Virus record (IMG/VR): IMGVR_UViG_3300017971_000027
Coordinates: 19,797 to 83,796 of that record
From: a virus
DNA: 64,000 nucleotides
Strand: one strand, 5' to 3'
Shown: positions 23,081-34,939 of the stretch, one piece after another
Numbering within the stretch: the stretch's first letter is position 1
Layout of the letters: each line of letters opens with the position of its first letter
Made by a program: the position numbers and the translations under genes
The notes under the pieces: model-generated
The model's database searches: none
The model's input: only the letters and a program-made list of their open reading frames with translations
What the model was told of the DNA's origin: nothing

Positions 23081-24388
23081 GAAATTTTCTTCTTGACAAA
23101 CGATATTGACTTGTGGTATACTAGGTTCAGAAGATAAGGAGATTGAACATGGCACTTCAAATTGAACAAGAAAGAGTCAACCGGATAGCTCGGCGGGTAC
23201 GGAAGTCTAATCTGGACTTTGTCGAGGGCCAGCTCGAAGCGATACAGCTTCTGGCTGAAAGCATCGTGCGAAATGACCCTGACCGGCAGGGTCTCGTTGC
23301 CCAGCACATTGTCAATCGGGTTGGTCGTGCGCTGAGGAATTTGGACGCAGCACGTAACGCATAAGGAGACAGATTATGTTTATGACCAAGGCTGAAGCAT
23401 GGAAATATGAAAACACGGTCACCTGCGGGTTCTGTAAAGATTGGATCGACCCGAACGAATGCGACGAGAATTCCGAGTTGCTCGATTGGATCGGCGACGA
23501 GAAGGATGCCGACTACGAACTGTGTGATCGGACTGACGAATTGCATGTGTGCTACGATTGCGCAAAAGAGTTGAAGGTCGAGATGGAAGCACGGAAGTCC
23601 AACTGGGACGAGGTGGCAGAAGGAATGGCGTGGCCCTACAAGTAAGGGTCGCGCTGTTTCTATGTGTGTGTGTGGAGGTGAACATGAACAGCGTTGTTGC
23701 TAAATGTCCATATGATGGATGTCAGAGAAAGATGGAACTGTTCTTCGATATATTCGAAGGCCAGTACGCAACGTGCGAGCATTGTGGCAAACTTTTCTGG
23801 CTCGAGTTGGAAGTCGCCATAATCAGCACATCAACACATAAGCTGAAAGGATATGAATAGCATGTACCATAAAGAACTTATCGAACAGTTGGAAGATTAC
23901 TCGTTCAGGTCGGGTTACCTGAAGTCGAGTCTGGTACTGTTGGTCAAGGCTATTGAGTCGCATCTCGATTGCAACGACACAGAACCTGATAGCTGGCTCA
24001 GACGGCAGCTCGAAAGAGAACGCAAGACCCTTGAGCTTATCGCCGAGGCTGACAAAAGGAGAATGGCATGTATTGGAAGATAATGTTACCTGCAATCGTG
24101 ATCGCGGTGTTCGTCTGCTGTATGGCATGTGTTGTGCAGTACGAGCGGAATGACATAGAACGTATCGAGAAGGCCGACAGGCTGCATATGATAGAGCCAC
24201 CTGTATTCGAACCGGCCAACACGACAGAAGTGGCCCATATGGCGAATTCGGGCGACGAGCCGGTGTACATGGTAGTACGGTATGAGGTGGCTGAGTCGGA
24301 GACGGGCTGGGAGACGGCTGCGGTCTTCGAAGTCGGCACGGGCCAGAAACTGAAGATAGAGGTTAGTGAATAGGAGAGGACAAGTGAT

Positions 24389-24610
24389 ATGCTACTCAAC
24401 CAATCACACGTCAAACAGTATGCGAAGTCGCTCAGGCCGAACCTTCGAGTCAGCTCGTCGTACATGGCTGCACTCAACGCCAAAGTTGCAGAGTTGATCG
24501 AAGCGCATGTCGGTGTTAACGGGTCGAGGAAAACTATGACCGATGCCGTGATAGATTATTGTTCGCAGGCGAAGGCATTGTCGAACGTGGACAGAAAGAA
24601 AGTCAGATAA
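24389..24610 (+). CDS. Putative bacterial-type histone-fold protein
   Basis: LLNQSHVKQYAKS...LRVSSSYMAALNAKVAELIEAHVGVNGSRKT resembles the helix1-loop-long helix2-RKT pattern of Bd0055/DUF1931-like histones. Confidence 0.55.
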   Translation: MLLNQSHVKQYAKSLRPNLRVSSSYMAALNAKVAELIEAHVGVNGSRKTMTDAVIDYCSQAKALSNVDRKKVR

Positions 24611-24722
24611 ACCTCTTGACAAACACCACCTGTTTGTGGTATAATAAATCAGAAGGTTAGAAAAGGTTGACATAGGGTCGACCTAAAATGCTCGGCAGAG
24701 TCCGAGGGTAAAGGAGCCAATC

Positions 24723-25652
24723 ATGGCCAGAAAAATCAGCGCAGCAACGAGAGCAAAGAGAGCTAAAGAATCGAAAGAAAGAGTCCGAGGCGTGATGGAC
24801 ACTATCATCTACGCTTTCGAGAACGGGACAGTAGCACCGGCATTAGCCCAGCGATGGCTCGTTCCTGCGGACGTACCGCAACGCAAATGGTCAATCCGAA
24901 ACCAGATGCTCTGTGCGCTGGCTGGTGCGACTGATGCCCGTGGCTACAAGCTATGGCGTGATATGGGCCGTGAAGTGGTTAAAGGTAAATCTATCCGACT
25001 GCTTCGTCCGAACATGGTTCCTGTCGAGGAAGTCAATCCCAATACCGGCGAACTCGAAAAGAATTATGTCATGCGTGGGTTCAGATGCTTCGCAGCGTGG
25101 GACGTTTCCAATACGACCGGTCCTGAAGAAACTCTTCCAGCATACCTTGCCGAACATAAGAAATTCGTCGAGTCCCTACCTCTGGTCGAAGTGGCACAGA
25201 AGTGGGGCATCAACGTCATTGTCGGTGGCGGGAACGATAACAGCTCGACTATGGGATGGTTCCAGCCACGTACGCAGACTATCAAGCTGAACGTGGAGAA
25301 TCTTTCGACGTGGACGCACGAGCTGATACATGCTGCCGACTACCGGCTTGGAAATCTAATCCACGACGACGAAACATGGCTGACCGAAGCAGTAGCTGAA
25401 CTGGGCGGTGCGGTTCTTCTGAGCCTGATAGGCTACAAAGATGACGCCGACCTCGGTGGGGCTATGGAGTATATCAAAAAGTACGCTACGAGCGCAGATA
25501 AAAGGTTAGGGAACGCATGCGACCTCGCCATGAAACGTGTCGAAGCTGCTATCGACCTTATTATGGACGCTGCGGGATTGAGTGTTGACCTGTCCGGTGA
25601 ATTGGAGGCTGAAGCTGCAGATGGCTCTGAGGACGAGCTGGTGGCTGCGTAA
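24723..25652 (+). CDS. ArdC-like protein (ssDNA-binding N-domain plus zincin HExxH domain)
   Basis: WSIRNQML...ARGYKLWRDMGREVVKGK; WTHELIH followed by EAVAELG; own promoter at 24616-24645. Confidence 0.75.
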   Translation: MARKISAATRAKRAKESKERVRGVMDTIIYAFENGTVAPALAQRWLVPADVPQRKWSIRNQMLCALAGATDARGYKLWRDMGREVVKGKSIRLLRPNMVPVEEVNPNTGELEKNYVMRGFRCFAAWDVSNTTGPEETLPAYLAEHKKFVESLPLVEVAQKWGINVIVGGGNDNSSTMGWFQPRTQTIKLNVENLSTWTHELIHAADYRLGNLIHDDETWLTEAVAELGGAVLLSLIGYKDDADLGGAMEYIKKYATSADKRLGNACDLAMKRVEAAIDLIMDAAGLSVDLSGELEAEAADGSEDELVAA

Positions 25653-25665
25653 GCCACTTTTATGG

Positions 25666-25705
25666 GCGGGGTAAGGTATTCTTCTCTCCGGTACCTTACC
25701 TCGCC
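25666..25705 (+). terminator. GC-rich hairpin after the ArdC-like gene
   Basis: GGCGGGGTAAGGTA...TACCTTACCTCGCC; only a short U tail. Confidence 0.5.
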
Positions 25706-27098
25706 TTAGACGGGAAATTTGGAAGTCGAATAGCGAAGGAGTACCGTGTATGTCAAAGTTCTTCTGTGAGATTGACACCGAGACAATGCCGACTTCGCCG
25801 AAAGGTCAAGCTAAAGAGATTGCCAACACGCTCAGACGAACGTCTAGGCGCATCGAAGCAATGGCTAAGGCCGTCGAAGAAAACGGCAACTGGGAAAGCA
25901 AAGAGATACCACTGTACGATAACCTAGGGAATGTAGTTGGACGAGGCGCGTTCGACTTCGCAAACATGATTCGGATATCATGGGAGAAAAGGATGAGAAT
26001 ATGATGCAAATTTTATTTACGTGCGAAATATGCAACCACACATGGGATGCCGGTGATAGGTACCTTATGTACGAAGACCTGAAGGACGACGATCGTCAGT
26101 TGTGTCCAGAGTGTGGCGGTCATGGCGACAGGAGCACGGGCGATTCTGGCGAAATGCTGAAGTATGAGTGTGACGTGTGTGGTTGTCGGTGGACTGCGCA
26201 GGAATATCAAGCCGACTGTGCTATATGTCCGACATGCGAAGAGGAAGGAAATGTGGTAGATGCTGATGTAGCTGGAGAGGATAAACACTGGGAACGTGAA
26301 GGATGGCAAGATGGATGTTGAGATTGTATTCTGGTTAAAGTCCATATCATGGTGGCTGTGTGTCTTAGCCATGTGCGACTTACATGAAACTCTGGCAAAG
26401 ATACTGAAAGGAATGAAGAATGGCGAAAAAACAGAAAGAAGCAAGACATATACACGGGTGCCGGTTGACTGCTCGGGTACAGAATGTAAAGGCTCGGATA
26501 TTCCCCGATACAGAATGCGCTGATGGACAAGCGATTATCGCCGAGCTGCAAGATATACTGGACCTAGTGGCCAAAGGCGAAAAAGAGAGACCGGCTGGAT
26601 TGGCCGACAGCAACACGATCAACTATCACGGTATCAGTGTTCGTGGCGGTCTGGCGGTCGTGAGTATACTCGACGGGAAACAACCACACTATATTCGGCG
26701 AATACCAAGAAACATCATCGATGCGAATGTAACATACCGATGCGAGTGGTGTCGTGAAAGTTGGGTGGCTTCATTTGCAGACGGCAGCGATACGTGTCCT
26801 GCGTGTGGTCGCCTGAATGCCGGTCAGGTCAAAGAAGTCGCAGACATAGGGTCAGACATAGGGACGCCGGTAGAAAAGCCGGTAGAAGCGAAAACTGATA
26901 TCCCTGAACCTGTATCTGAACCGGTACCAGCCACGGAAGTCACACTGGAAGTCACACCGGAAGCTAACACGGAAGTCGAGATGACCGTGTCGAAACCGGA
27001 AGATAAACCGAAACCGAAACGTAGAAAGCGTGGGAAAAAGCTCAAGCGTGTCCCGAGGAAAAAGGCTAACGTAGACAAACTAAAGAAGGATAAGAAAG

Positions 27099-27608
27099 AT
27101 GCGTAAATACAAAGTAACTGACTGGCTGTTCGCTATTGCGTTCATTGGCACTATATTAGCTGCGTGTTGTGGCGGGTGCCTTGAACATGTCCATGCTCAG
27201 GAGACGGTTTTGAAAACGAACGACTGGTTCGACATCACGATCACGCTTCCGAGCGAACCAGATGTCGCTGGCGTATATCTCATGTACCGACTCGAGAGTG
27301 CAGCCGACGACGACCCGTGGACGCTGGCTGGTAAAGTAGATGCTGGCCCTAACGAGTTCGTGACTGTCCGCGTGTCTGATGCAGTGTCTGGAGTGTTCCG
27401 ATGTTCATCGATTATATATGATAACGCCGGTTCCGGTAACCTGTCAGACCGAGGGCTAAGTTTGAAGCTGGTCGAGGTCGACAAGGTACCGCCGTCTGGT
27501 GCTGTGCCTGATATTAGTGTGCCGTTAAAGGGCGACGTGAATGGTGACGGTCTGGTTAATTCGTCTGATATACAGGCTGTCGTTAATGCTGTGCTGGGAA
27601 TTGCGTAA
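27099..27608 (+). CDS. Secreted protein with a C-terminal dockerin/EF-hand-like repeat
   Basis: N-terminal hydrophobic signal; C-terminal KGDVNGDGLVNSSDIQAVVNAVLG. Confidence 0.7.
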   Translation: MRKYKVTDWLFAIAFIGTILAACCGGCLEHVHAQETVLKTNDWFDITITLPSEPDVAGVYLMYRLESAADDDPWTLAGKVDAGPNEFVTVRVSDAVSGVFRCSSIIYDNAGSGNLSDRGLSLKLVEVDKVPPSGAVPDISVPLKGDVNGDGLVNSSDIQAVVNAVLGIA

Positions 27609-30057
27609 GACAGCATGGCAAGAGCATGACTGAGCGTGGAGCAAGGCGTGGAAGGAGGCGAGTGATGGGAAATTGGCATATAGAAAAAGCGATACGCTAT
27701 CTTGCTGAAGAAACAAAGTGCCTCACCGCCGCTGTGGAAGCGCAGACGGCGATGCAGAGAAAAGGGCTGGCGTTGGTGTCCGCGTCCATATTGACGGACA
27801 CCAATCACGATGGGTGTAGAACCGAAGCGTGGGAAGATATTATCGCCTTCCGCGCAGACAGCGCACCGGCGCAGGACGAACAGGAGGTGGATGATGAGTG
27901 AAAAACCACTGGAGGTAAGATGTGACGACTGTGACGCGCTAATCGAAATGGTACATGAGCACGAATCAACTTGTTGCGTCAATAAGCAAATGTGGGTTCG
28001 CCCATGTCCGGCGTGTGTCAAAAAGAGGGCGTTGGCTATGTTTATGAAGGACAAATTCAAGACTGACGAACAGGAGGCCGACGATGGCGCAGAGTGAGCG
28101 GAAGACGGAGAATACAACGCGACCAATTTGTCCACATTGTTATTCAGCGATAGAAGGAACGCTATGGCTATATGGAGCATTCAACATAGAACATTTAACG
28201 TGTGATAAGTGTGGCGAGGAGTGTTACTACACACACTCATTACCATCTGGCTACACGACGCGCAAGCTGACCGAACAGGAGGGCGGGTAGATGGCGAAGA
28301 GTGAAATAGACGTTACTGGAAAAGGAAAGAAGTGTAACGCGCTTGTCAGAACGCCACCCAAAAAGGAAGGTAGCCCACACGGGTTAGCGAAATGTGGGAA
28401 ACCGGCGACGAGACAGTATGGCGAATATTATATGCGCTGTGACGAACATAGAATTATAGGATGGGCAAGCTAATGGCGCAGAGTGAACAGAAAAGCGGGC
28501 CGCGATGGACTGACGTATGTGCGATATGCGGCGAACCTGCAACGCACTGGTGCGCCGGTTGCGATACAGAGTTCTGTTGCGAATGCGGGCAAGAACACGA
28601 AACAAAGAATCCATGTGACCATGCGAAGACCCATTCTGTTGATTCCAAAGAGGCTATCGAGGATTGGATGGACGGATGGCGACGGATGGCGGGTAGATGA
28701 GTGAGAACACAACGAACACTGAATGGCCTGTCTGCCCGTTGTGCGGGCATACTAATGATAGTTATGGATTTATTGGCCGAACCATAAACCCGGTAACGTG
28801 GCATTGTGAACGGTGTGGCAAACAATACATGGTTGAGTGTAGATATTGCTACACGACGCGCAAGCTGACCGAACAGGAGGGCGGGTAGATGAGTGATGGA
28901 TGGGCAGATTGTGAGCGATGGTGTTCCTTGCGGATAGCGCACATGAAGAAACACGAAGCATCCGACCAGCGCGACGGCGTGGTGTGTGGAGAATATATGT
29001 ATACGTGCTGTGGTGGGAACATAGTTCCGAAATGTTGTGGCGATGAAGGTGTTGGCATTTGTCATTCTTGCGCGTCGAAGCTGGAATCTGAGCGGGACGA
29101 GTTGCGAGGTCGGTTAGTTCTGGCGGTCGATAGATTTAAGAAAGCAGAGGCCGAGCGGGACGCGCTAAAATGGGTTGCGTGTAACCGTTACAAGGTCCAG
29201 CGAGACATAAGACACCCAAACGGCTACGTGGTTATAGGTGACGGGCTGACACTTGGCGTTGGTGATACGTGGAATGATGCGGTCTTGAACGGATACGGGC
29301 GGATGAAACGTGAGTCAGACCCACTCCCGATAGACGATTACGAAGAAGATCCCGGTGCATGTGGATTTGATGGGAAACACGTAGACATAACATAGGAGTG
29401 CGCAATGTATCAAGTATCACAAAAGACATACCCGCTCCCGTCGGAGGTGGATGAATGAGTGAGATTTGGTTGTGTGGCAAGGCGATAAAATGCGACCTGT
29501 GCAGAACGGACGGTAAGTGTGTTGGATGTAGAGAACTCCGCGCCGAGTTTGCCGAGTTGCGGGCGGCTAATGACGCGAGCGTGATTGGCGAATGGTATAT
29601 AGATGCCGGTTCATATGGGAATGAACCAGTATGCGTGGTAAGAGATATTGAGGGCAACGAGCTTGGGCGCAGTGATAACGTGTCAGACGCGCTTGTCGCC
29701 GCGTTCAGGGCGAAGAAAGCGCAGGAGGTGGATGAATGAAGATAATAGATAATGACGATGATTATATCGCCCATCTTGAAGAGCAAGATAAAAGACGGCG
29801 CGACCGAGTCCAAGAGCTACTCAAGGAAACACGCGAACTCCGCGCCGAGAACGAACGGTTACGCGCCGAGCGCGATGAACTCAAAGAGGCGGTGGAGTGG
29901 TGGAATACCCGTCCAGACTATCGTGTCCCCGAAATCGTGTGGAATGATGCGCCGGGCGCACAGAACTATCGCGTTGAAAACGGCGGCGATTTCGATACGT
30001 TCACAGAAGCGCTACTCGCCGCGTTCAGGGCGAAGAAAGCGCAGGAGGAAACAACCG

Positions 30058-30537
30058 ATGGATGACGTTCTGTTCAGCAGCAAGTCAGGAGAATGGGAAA
30101 CGCCACAAGAGTTGTTCGACATACTGGACGAAGAGTTCCACTTCACACTCGATGTATGTGCTTCAGCAGACAATGCCAAATGCAAGACATTCTATAACGA
30201 GAAGATAAATGGCCTCGACAAACCATACGGTGACTTCGTCTGCTGGATGAACCCGCCTTACGGTCGTGGCATAGGGGCGTGGATCGAGAAAGCCTACAAA
30301 GAAGCACAGGCCGGTGCTACGGTCGTATGTCTCGTACCAGCCAGAACAGACACACGCTGGTGGTGGGACTGGGCGACCAAGGCTCATGAGATTCGGTTTC
30401 TCAAAGGCCGGTTGAAGTTTGGTGGAGCACCGGCGTCGGCCCCATTCCCATCCGCTGTACTTGTATTCGAAAGTTGTAAATGTAGTTTTGGTCCACATAC
30501 ATCGTGGTGGAATTGGAAGGAGGATGAGTATGTATGA
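30058..30537 (+). CDS. Phage DNA N6-adenine methyltransferase
   Basis: EWETPQELF...LDVCAS..NAKC...WMNPPYG...VPARTDTRWW; start ATG at 30058. Confidence 0.9.
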   Translation: MDDVLFSSKSGEWETPQELFDILDEEFHFTLDVCASADNAKCKTFYNEKINGLDKPYGDFVCWMNPPYGRGIGAWIEKAYKEAQAGATVVCLVPARTDTRWWWDWATKAHEIRFLKGRLKFGGAPASAPFPSAVLVFESCKCSFGPHTSWWNWKEDEYV

Positions 30538-30981
30538 ATGCCCGTCATGTGAACGACAGTACGAAAGACCAGAACCAACAAAATCCAGACCACGGCCTCG
30601 GCTGTGCCTAGAATGCTACGAGAAGCGATATCTCGCGTACGTTGACATGTGTATCGAGGCCGGTGATAAAATCCCGTCTGAGTTAAAATGGGAACGGTTT
30701 GGCGCAAGAAACTCGACTACAACAACAAAGACTATAGAACGTGAAGAGGCAGAACTGGTAGGCGGTCTCTCGAAACGTCATGTTGTGGCGGCGTTGAAAG
30801 CTATGTTCTTGGAGAAACCGTCATTCGACACAATGGCACCATACAGGATCGCGTTGCCACAGTCATCTTGTGTGTCGAACGATTCTGCATCAGAGATGGT
30901 TGCTGTGCTGGACGTCTGGCCGACAGAAAGCGATCTCGGGCCGTTGGAGGACGCGCTCGAACCTGCGTAAGGCATAAGAAT

Positions 30982-31044
30982 AGCCCTGTTACAATACCTA
31001 GGTTTTTGCAATCTTCCCCTAGGTTGCGTAACAGGGCTTTCTTT
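30982..31044. terminator. Probable bidirectional terminator at the convergence of + and - blocks
   Basis: AGCCCTGTTAC..CCTAGG...CCTAGG..GTAACAGGGCT followed by TTCTTT. Confidence 0.7.
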
Positions 31045-31619
31045 ATCTCGCGTTTCCTTCGTGTCGCTGTTCCGGGGTCTGAATACATCCAAATTCATGG
31101 AGCATGTCGGCTATGTCCATCTGTCCGGGGTGCTTTTTCTTTGCCCTATACCGGTCATGCCGTGGTACCGACTGGCTCTTTTTAATAGCTGCCAGCCGTT
31201 GTTTCTGGACCCATTCCTGACACTCGCCGTGAGCTAGACCGGAATGCTCTTTATACCACGTCTTAAGTACCCAGTCGACTTCGGACTCAGGTACTCGCAC
31301 GCCTTCTGGACCACCTAGAGCAGCACCACATCGGCAAAATCGTTTTAACCATACCATCTTTTCGCCGTTCATTCGTTCAACCGTCCTTCATTTCTTATCT
31401 TGGAGTCGTATACATTTTGTTCAGCACCACCGCCAAACACAGTCTTTCTTATATGTCCACAACACATACATACCCATTCACCATACCCATCTTTAACTCG
31501 CCATACTTTTTGCGTGTCGCATTTAGGGCATTTCGGCCAGCTGACGATAACTTTAATCTCTGTTATCTTAGACTCTATTTCAGACAACAGCATCATAACT
31601 TTTGTCATATCGTTCATGG

Positions 31620-33587
31620 TCATATCGCACACGTATCCCCATCACAGAACTTCTCTTCGACCTCATGAGTGTTCAACATTGACCAGTCTATTGGCTTGAG
31701 CTTGGCTATACACTTCTCGTACTCGTTCTGGCTAATTGCTTGGAACGGTGCCTGCTCAAAAAGATGGTCTTCAAGCGGTAGAAATGAGAGGGATTTAAGA
31801 TCGGCCTCGAACATTGAAATAGCTCGGGCAATATCTTTTTTTTCTTCTGGCCTGAAGGTGATAGTGACAGACACCTGATTATCACTCCACCATCTCTGGA
31901 CTTGTGAAACAAGAGCGAGCTGTTCCCACATCGACACATCTTCTCTCGAGCGCGAGAAATACGCATCTTCTTTGATTGGGAAATAGACGACATGCGTCGA
32001 GTCTTTTGCTTTACTCTTCTCAATTCTGTACCCTGCCTTTCGTAATGGCTTAAGGAGCGGAGAATGTTTCGAAAACCGCACCGTCCTATAGTAATACTCC
32101 GCGTATGGATAGTGGATACCGAAGTTCGCGCCGGGAAGCATCGACACTGTTCCTGACGGTTTGACCGTAGTAGTCTTAATCGACCTCGGTATACACAACC
32201 AATCCGAATACATCTTATCGAGCTGTTGGATATAGTTGTACCCCTTGTCGCACCATGTCAGATACTCCCGCAGACCGAGCCTATTCACCGCCTGCACAAT
32301 TCCAGACTGCGACAGACCTATTCGCCTGTTCCGCAACATAAGAGCATTTGTTCTCTCATAGTGCGTTGGTATGAGCGTAACTGTCTTTGCGTAGAGATAT
32401 GCAAACTTTAGTGTTCGCCGGTATTCGTCAATGCTTTCGTGCCGTGCAGGAAAAGACTCGACGACGTTACACATCTCGTAAGACTCAAGGGTCTGTTCAC
32501 CGCATGGATTCGTTCCTCTTGCCTTTTCATCTCGCCAATCAGCTTCGTCAACGGTACGACCGTATTTCTGTGCGTTCTCAAGCCAGAACAATCCCGGCTC
32601 ACCGTTCTTTGACAGCATACCGACAACGCGCTCGTAGTCCATGCCAACCTCAGCCATAACCGAGTTGTTAGACGCCCACCTGTGATGCTGTAGTTCGTCG
32701 CCGTGTTTCTCAGGGTCCTTTAACGAGAGATACGCTTCATCGTCTGGAGACCCAAGAGCCAGTCCCGCCGACCGTCTAACCCCTCCGCTTACCACACACT
32801 TTCCTATCATGTTCATTATGTCGACGATATCGACAGATCTGATAGACGTGTCGATCCTGTCGCATAATATTGACTCGATATCTTCGAGTGCTTGTTTAAG
32901 TGGCCCCGGCCCCGGCGCAATCCCGCCAAACGTCTTGATCGGAGCGCCTGCCGGTCGAATCGCACTGAAGTCGAACGACTCTGGCAACCCGCCATCCCCA
33001 GCATATGCGTCCAGAAGGGTCTTAACGGCTTCTACCCAGCCTTCTTTCGAGTCTGCTATGGTCATACTACCCTTAAGCTCGATTGGACGTTGTATGGCGA
33101 TTTTGCCAGCACCTTTGGTATCAAACGCAACGCCAACACCCAGCAGAGACATGTCCATCGCGAAACAGAATGGCTCAGAGAAACCAACCTTGTCGAAATC
33201 TTCAGTAGACACGAACGCACAGTTGTTCAAAGCTGCTGAACCCCTCATATAAATATAGTCCGTTCCCATCATCCAGAGGCCACGACCGGGGGGCAGGAAC
33301 TTGAACTCGAACATAAGGTCGAACATCTCCTGTGCCGACCTTTGTGCTTTGAGCGGGTTCCACGGCAGATGGTATGTCAGACAATGGTTCCATTGAATAG
33401 TATAACATCCTTCTACTACCCTTCTTAATGTCTCATACCATTCCTCGGTCCTGTTCTCGTTCTGGATCTCGCGAGCGTAGGTGCGTTTGTATGTCACGTA
33501 CCCGAGCGGACCCCAATCTGGTTCCCGTTCTTTGTACTGTTCGATAAACGAATCGTCGAGCTGGAATTTCTGTTGTATGTTTAACAA
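31620..33587 (-). CDS. nrdJ: Class II (AdoCbl-dependent) ribonucleotide reductase, monomeric type
   Basis: PPGRGLW, ALNNCAF, GGVRRSA, GTNPCGEQ, TTVKPSGT, C-terminal CDGDTC. Confidence 0.93.
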   Translation of the reverse strand: MLNIQQKFQLDDSFIEQYKEREPDWGPLGYVTYKRTYAREIQNENRTEEWYETLRRVVEGCYTIQWNHCLTYHLPWNPLKAQRSAQEMFDLMFEFKFLPPGRGLWMMGTDYIYMRGSAALNNCAFVSTEDFDKVGFSEPFCFAMDMSLLGVGVAFDTKGAGKIAIQRPIELKGSMTIADSKEGWVEAVKTLLDAYAGDGGLPESFDFSAIRPAGAPIKTFGGIAPGPGPLKQALEDIESILCDRIDTSIRSVDIVDIMNMIGKCVVSGGVRRSAGLALGSPDDEAYLSLKDPEKHGDELQHHRWASNNSVMAEVGMDYERVVGMLSKNGEPGLFWLENAQKYGRTVDEADWRDEKARGTNPCGEQTLESYEMCNVVESFPARHESIDEYRRTLKFAYLYAKTVTLIPTHYERTNALMLRNRRIGLSQSGIVQAVNRLGLREYLTWCDKGYNYIQQLDKMYSDWLCIPRSIKTTTVKPSGTVSMLPGANFGIHYPYAEYYYRTVRFSKHSPLLKPLRKAGYRIEKSKAKDSTHVVYFPIKEDAYFSRSREDVSMWEQLALVSQVQRWWSDNQVSVTITFRPEEKKDIARAISMFEADLKSLSFLPLEDHLFEQAPFQAISQNEYEKCIAKLKPIDWSMLNTHEVEEKFCDGDTCAI

Positions 33588-33845
33588 CCGGCATCTCCTT
33601 CAACACACGCATCGTAAATTTCTTCTGGTTTGACATCTTCGTGCAACACATGTCGGCACCATTCGCGAACCTGCTTAACCGCTGCCATGTTCATTTTGAT
33701 TTTGACAGTCGGGTCGTCCACGACCGGCAATACCACCTCGACACATCTGGTCGGTATCTCGACATTACAGTCACCTCGAATCTCAGGCGACAAGACCACC
33801 TTGTACTTGCATTCATCTGTTATCGGCACACCGCATTCAACCATC

Positions 33846-34643
33846 TTATCCAAACTCCATCATGTTAGCGCAGTCTGTTTCTACGCCATTGTCCCAGTTA
33901 TATGTTTTCGCTTTGTCGGGTTTCTGCCTTTCGATTGTAGCAAAGTATTCGCGCAGACAGTTCCCACAATGTTTACACGCATGTGTATTGGCGTCTTTTC
34001 CGCAAGTATAGACGAGCGGATGGTTGCCAACAGCGTCAAGAACTACAGACCACCCGAGGTTGGTGATTGCCCAGTATTCGTTTGTTGTCCGTTTCTTTCT
34101 TTCGTAGTACGCGAGCCTCGGTATCTCTGGAATATCCTCGGCCTTGTGATACGCCATGAATGTCAGGACAACCGGTACGCCAAGACCATTGGCATAGTAG
34201 TTGACCGCTGCACTTGCTAAACTTAAGTTCCATGTGTTAACCCTGAACCGGACAAACATCAGGTTCGGAGGCACACCGTCGACCTTGTAAAAATCTTCGT
34301 TGGTCATATCGCTCGGATTGACTGTCAACACGACAGGGTCTTCGAACTCGCTCAAGTCTGGTATCGAGGTATTGTAGAACTTCCTCGGGTACCGTTTGGT
34401 CGCTTTGATCACGTCGACCTTATCGTTGTTGCTATCATTACCGTCGTTCACCCTGACCACGTATTGGTTCGCGTGGCGGCAGTTGTAAAACATCGGCATG
34501 TTTGGCAAGTTCTCATCGAGTGGTTCCAAATACGAACGGCCCGATGTAAAAAAGCAATCTGCGCACCCTATGGGACACGTACTGTCTTGCGGGATACAAC
34601 ATAGTATACCGCTGCCCTTTGTTTTTGGATTCTCGATGTACAC
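33846..34643 (-). CDS. Radical-SAM-like protein
   Basis: CPIGCADC (CxxxCxxC); C-terminal C...CxxCxxC. Confidence 0.55.
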   Translation of the reverse strand: MYIENPKTKGSGILCCIPQDSTCPIGCADCFFTSGRSYLEPLDENLPNMPMFYNCRHANQYVVRVNDGNDSNNDKVDVIKATKRYPRKFYNTSIPDLSEFEDPVVLTVNPSDMTNEDFYKVDGVPPNLMFVRFRVNTWNLSLASAAVNYYANGLGVPVVLTFMAYHKAEDIPEIPRLAYYERKKRTTNEYWAITNLGWSVVLDAVGNHPLVYTCGKDANTHACKHCGNCLREYFATIERQKPDKAKTYNWDNGVETDCANMMEFG

Positions 34644-34648
34644 TTTCC

Positions 34649-34939
34649 TTACACCTCTCGCAATTTAACACCTGTCATTTCTTTGACTCTTTGTATGCGA
34701 ATCCACCCGGTCATCGCATAGTTTATGATATCCAAATACTCCTCGGATATCTCATCGAGGTTCTCGGCGACAGTTCTCTTGAGATATGCTCCGCTGCCGT
34801 ATTCATGTTCGCCCTTCTTCAGCCTTGCCATAGACTCGGCCAGACAGTTGATCACATCGTCTGCCTGTATGTCGCTCGGCATAGACTCCATCAGTTTTTC
34901 TATCGCGTTTTTCATATCGTTATAGCCTCTTTGAACCAC
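34649..34939 (-). CDS. Possible MazG-like nucleotide pyrophosphohydrolase
   Basis: R..KG..EYG...EISEEYLDIINY. Confidence 0.4.
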   Translation of the reverse strand: MVQRGYNDMKNAIEKLMESMPSDIQADDVINCLAESMARLKKGEHEYGSGAYLKRTVAENLDEISEEYLDIINYAMTGWIRIQRVKEMTGVKLREV

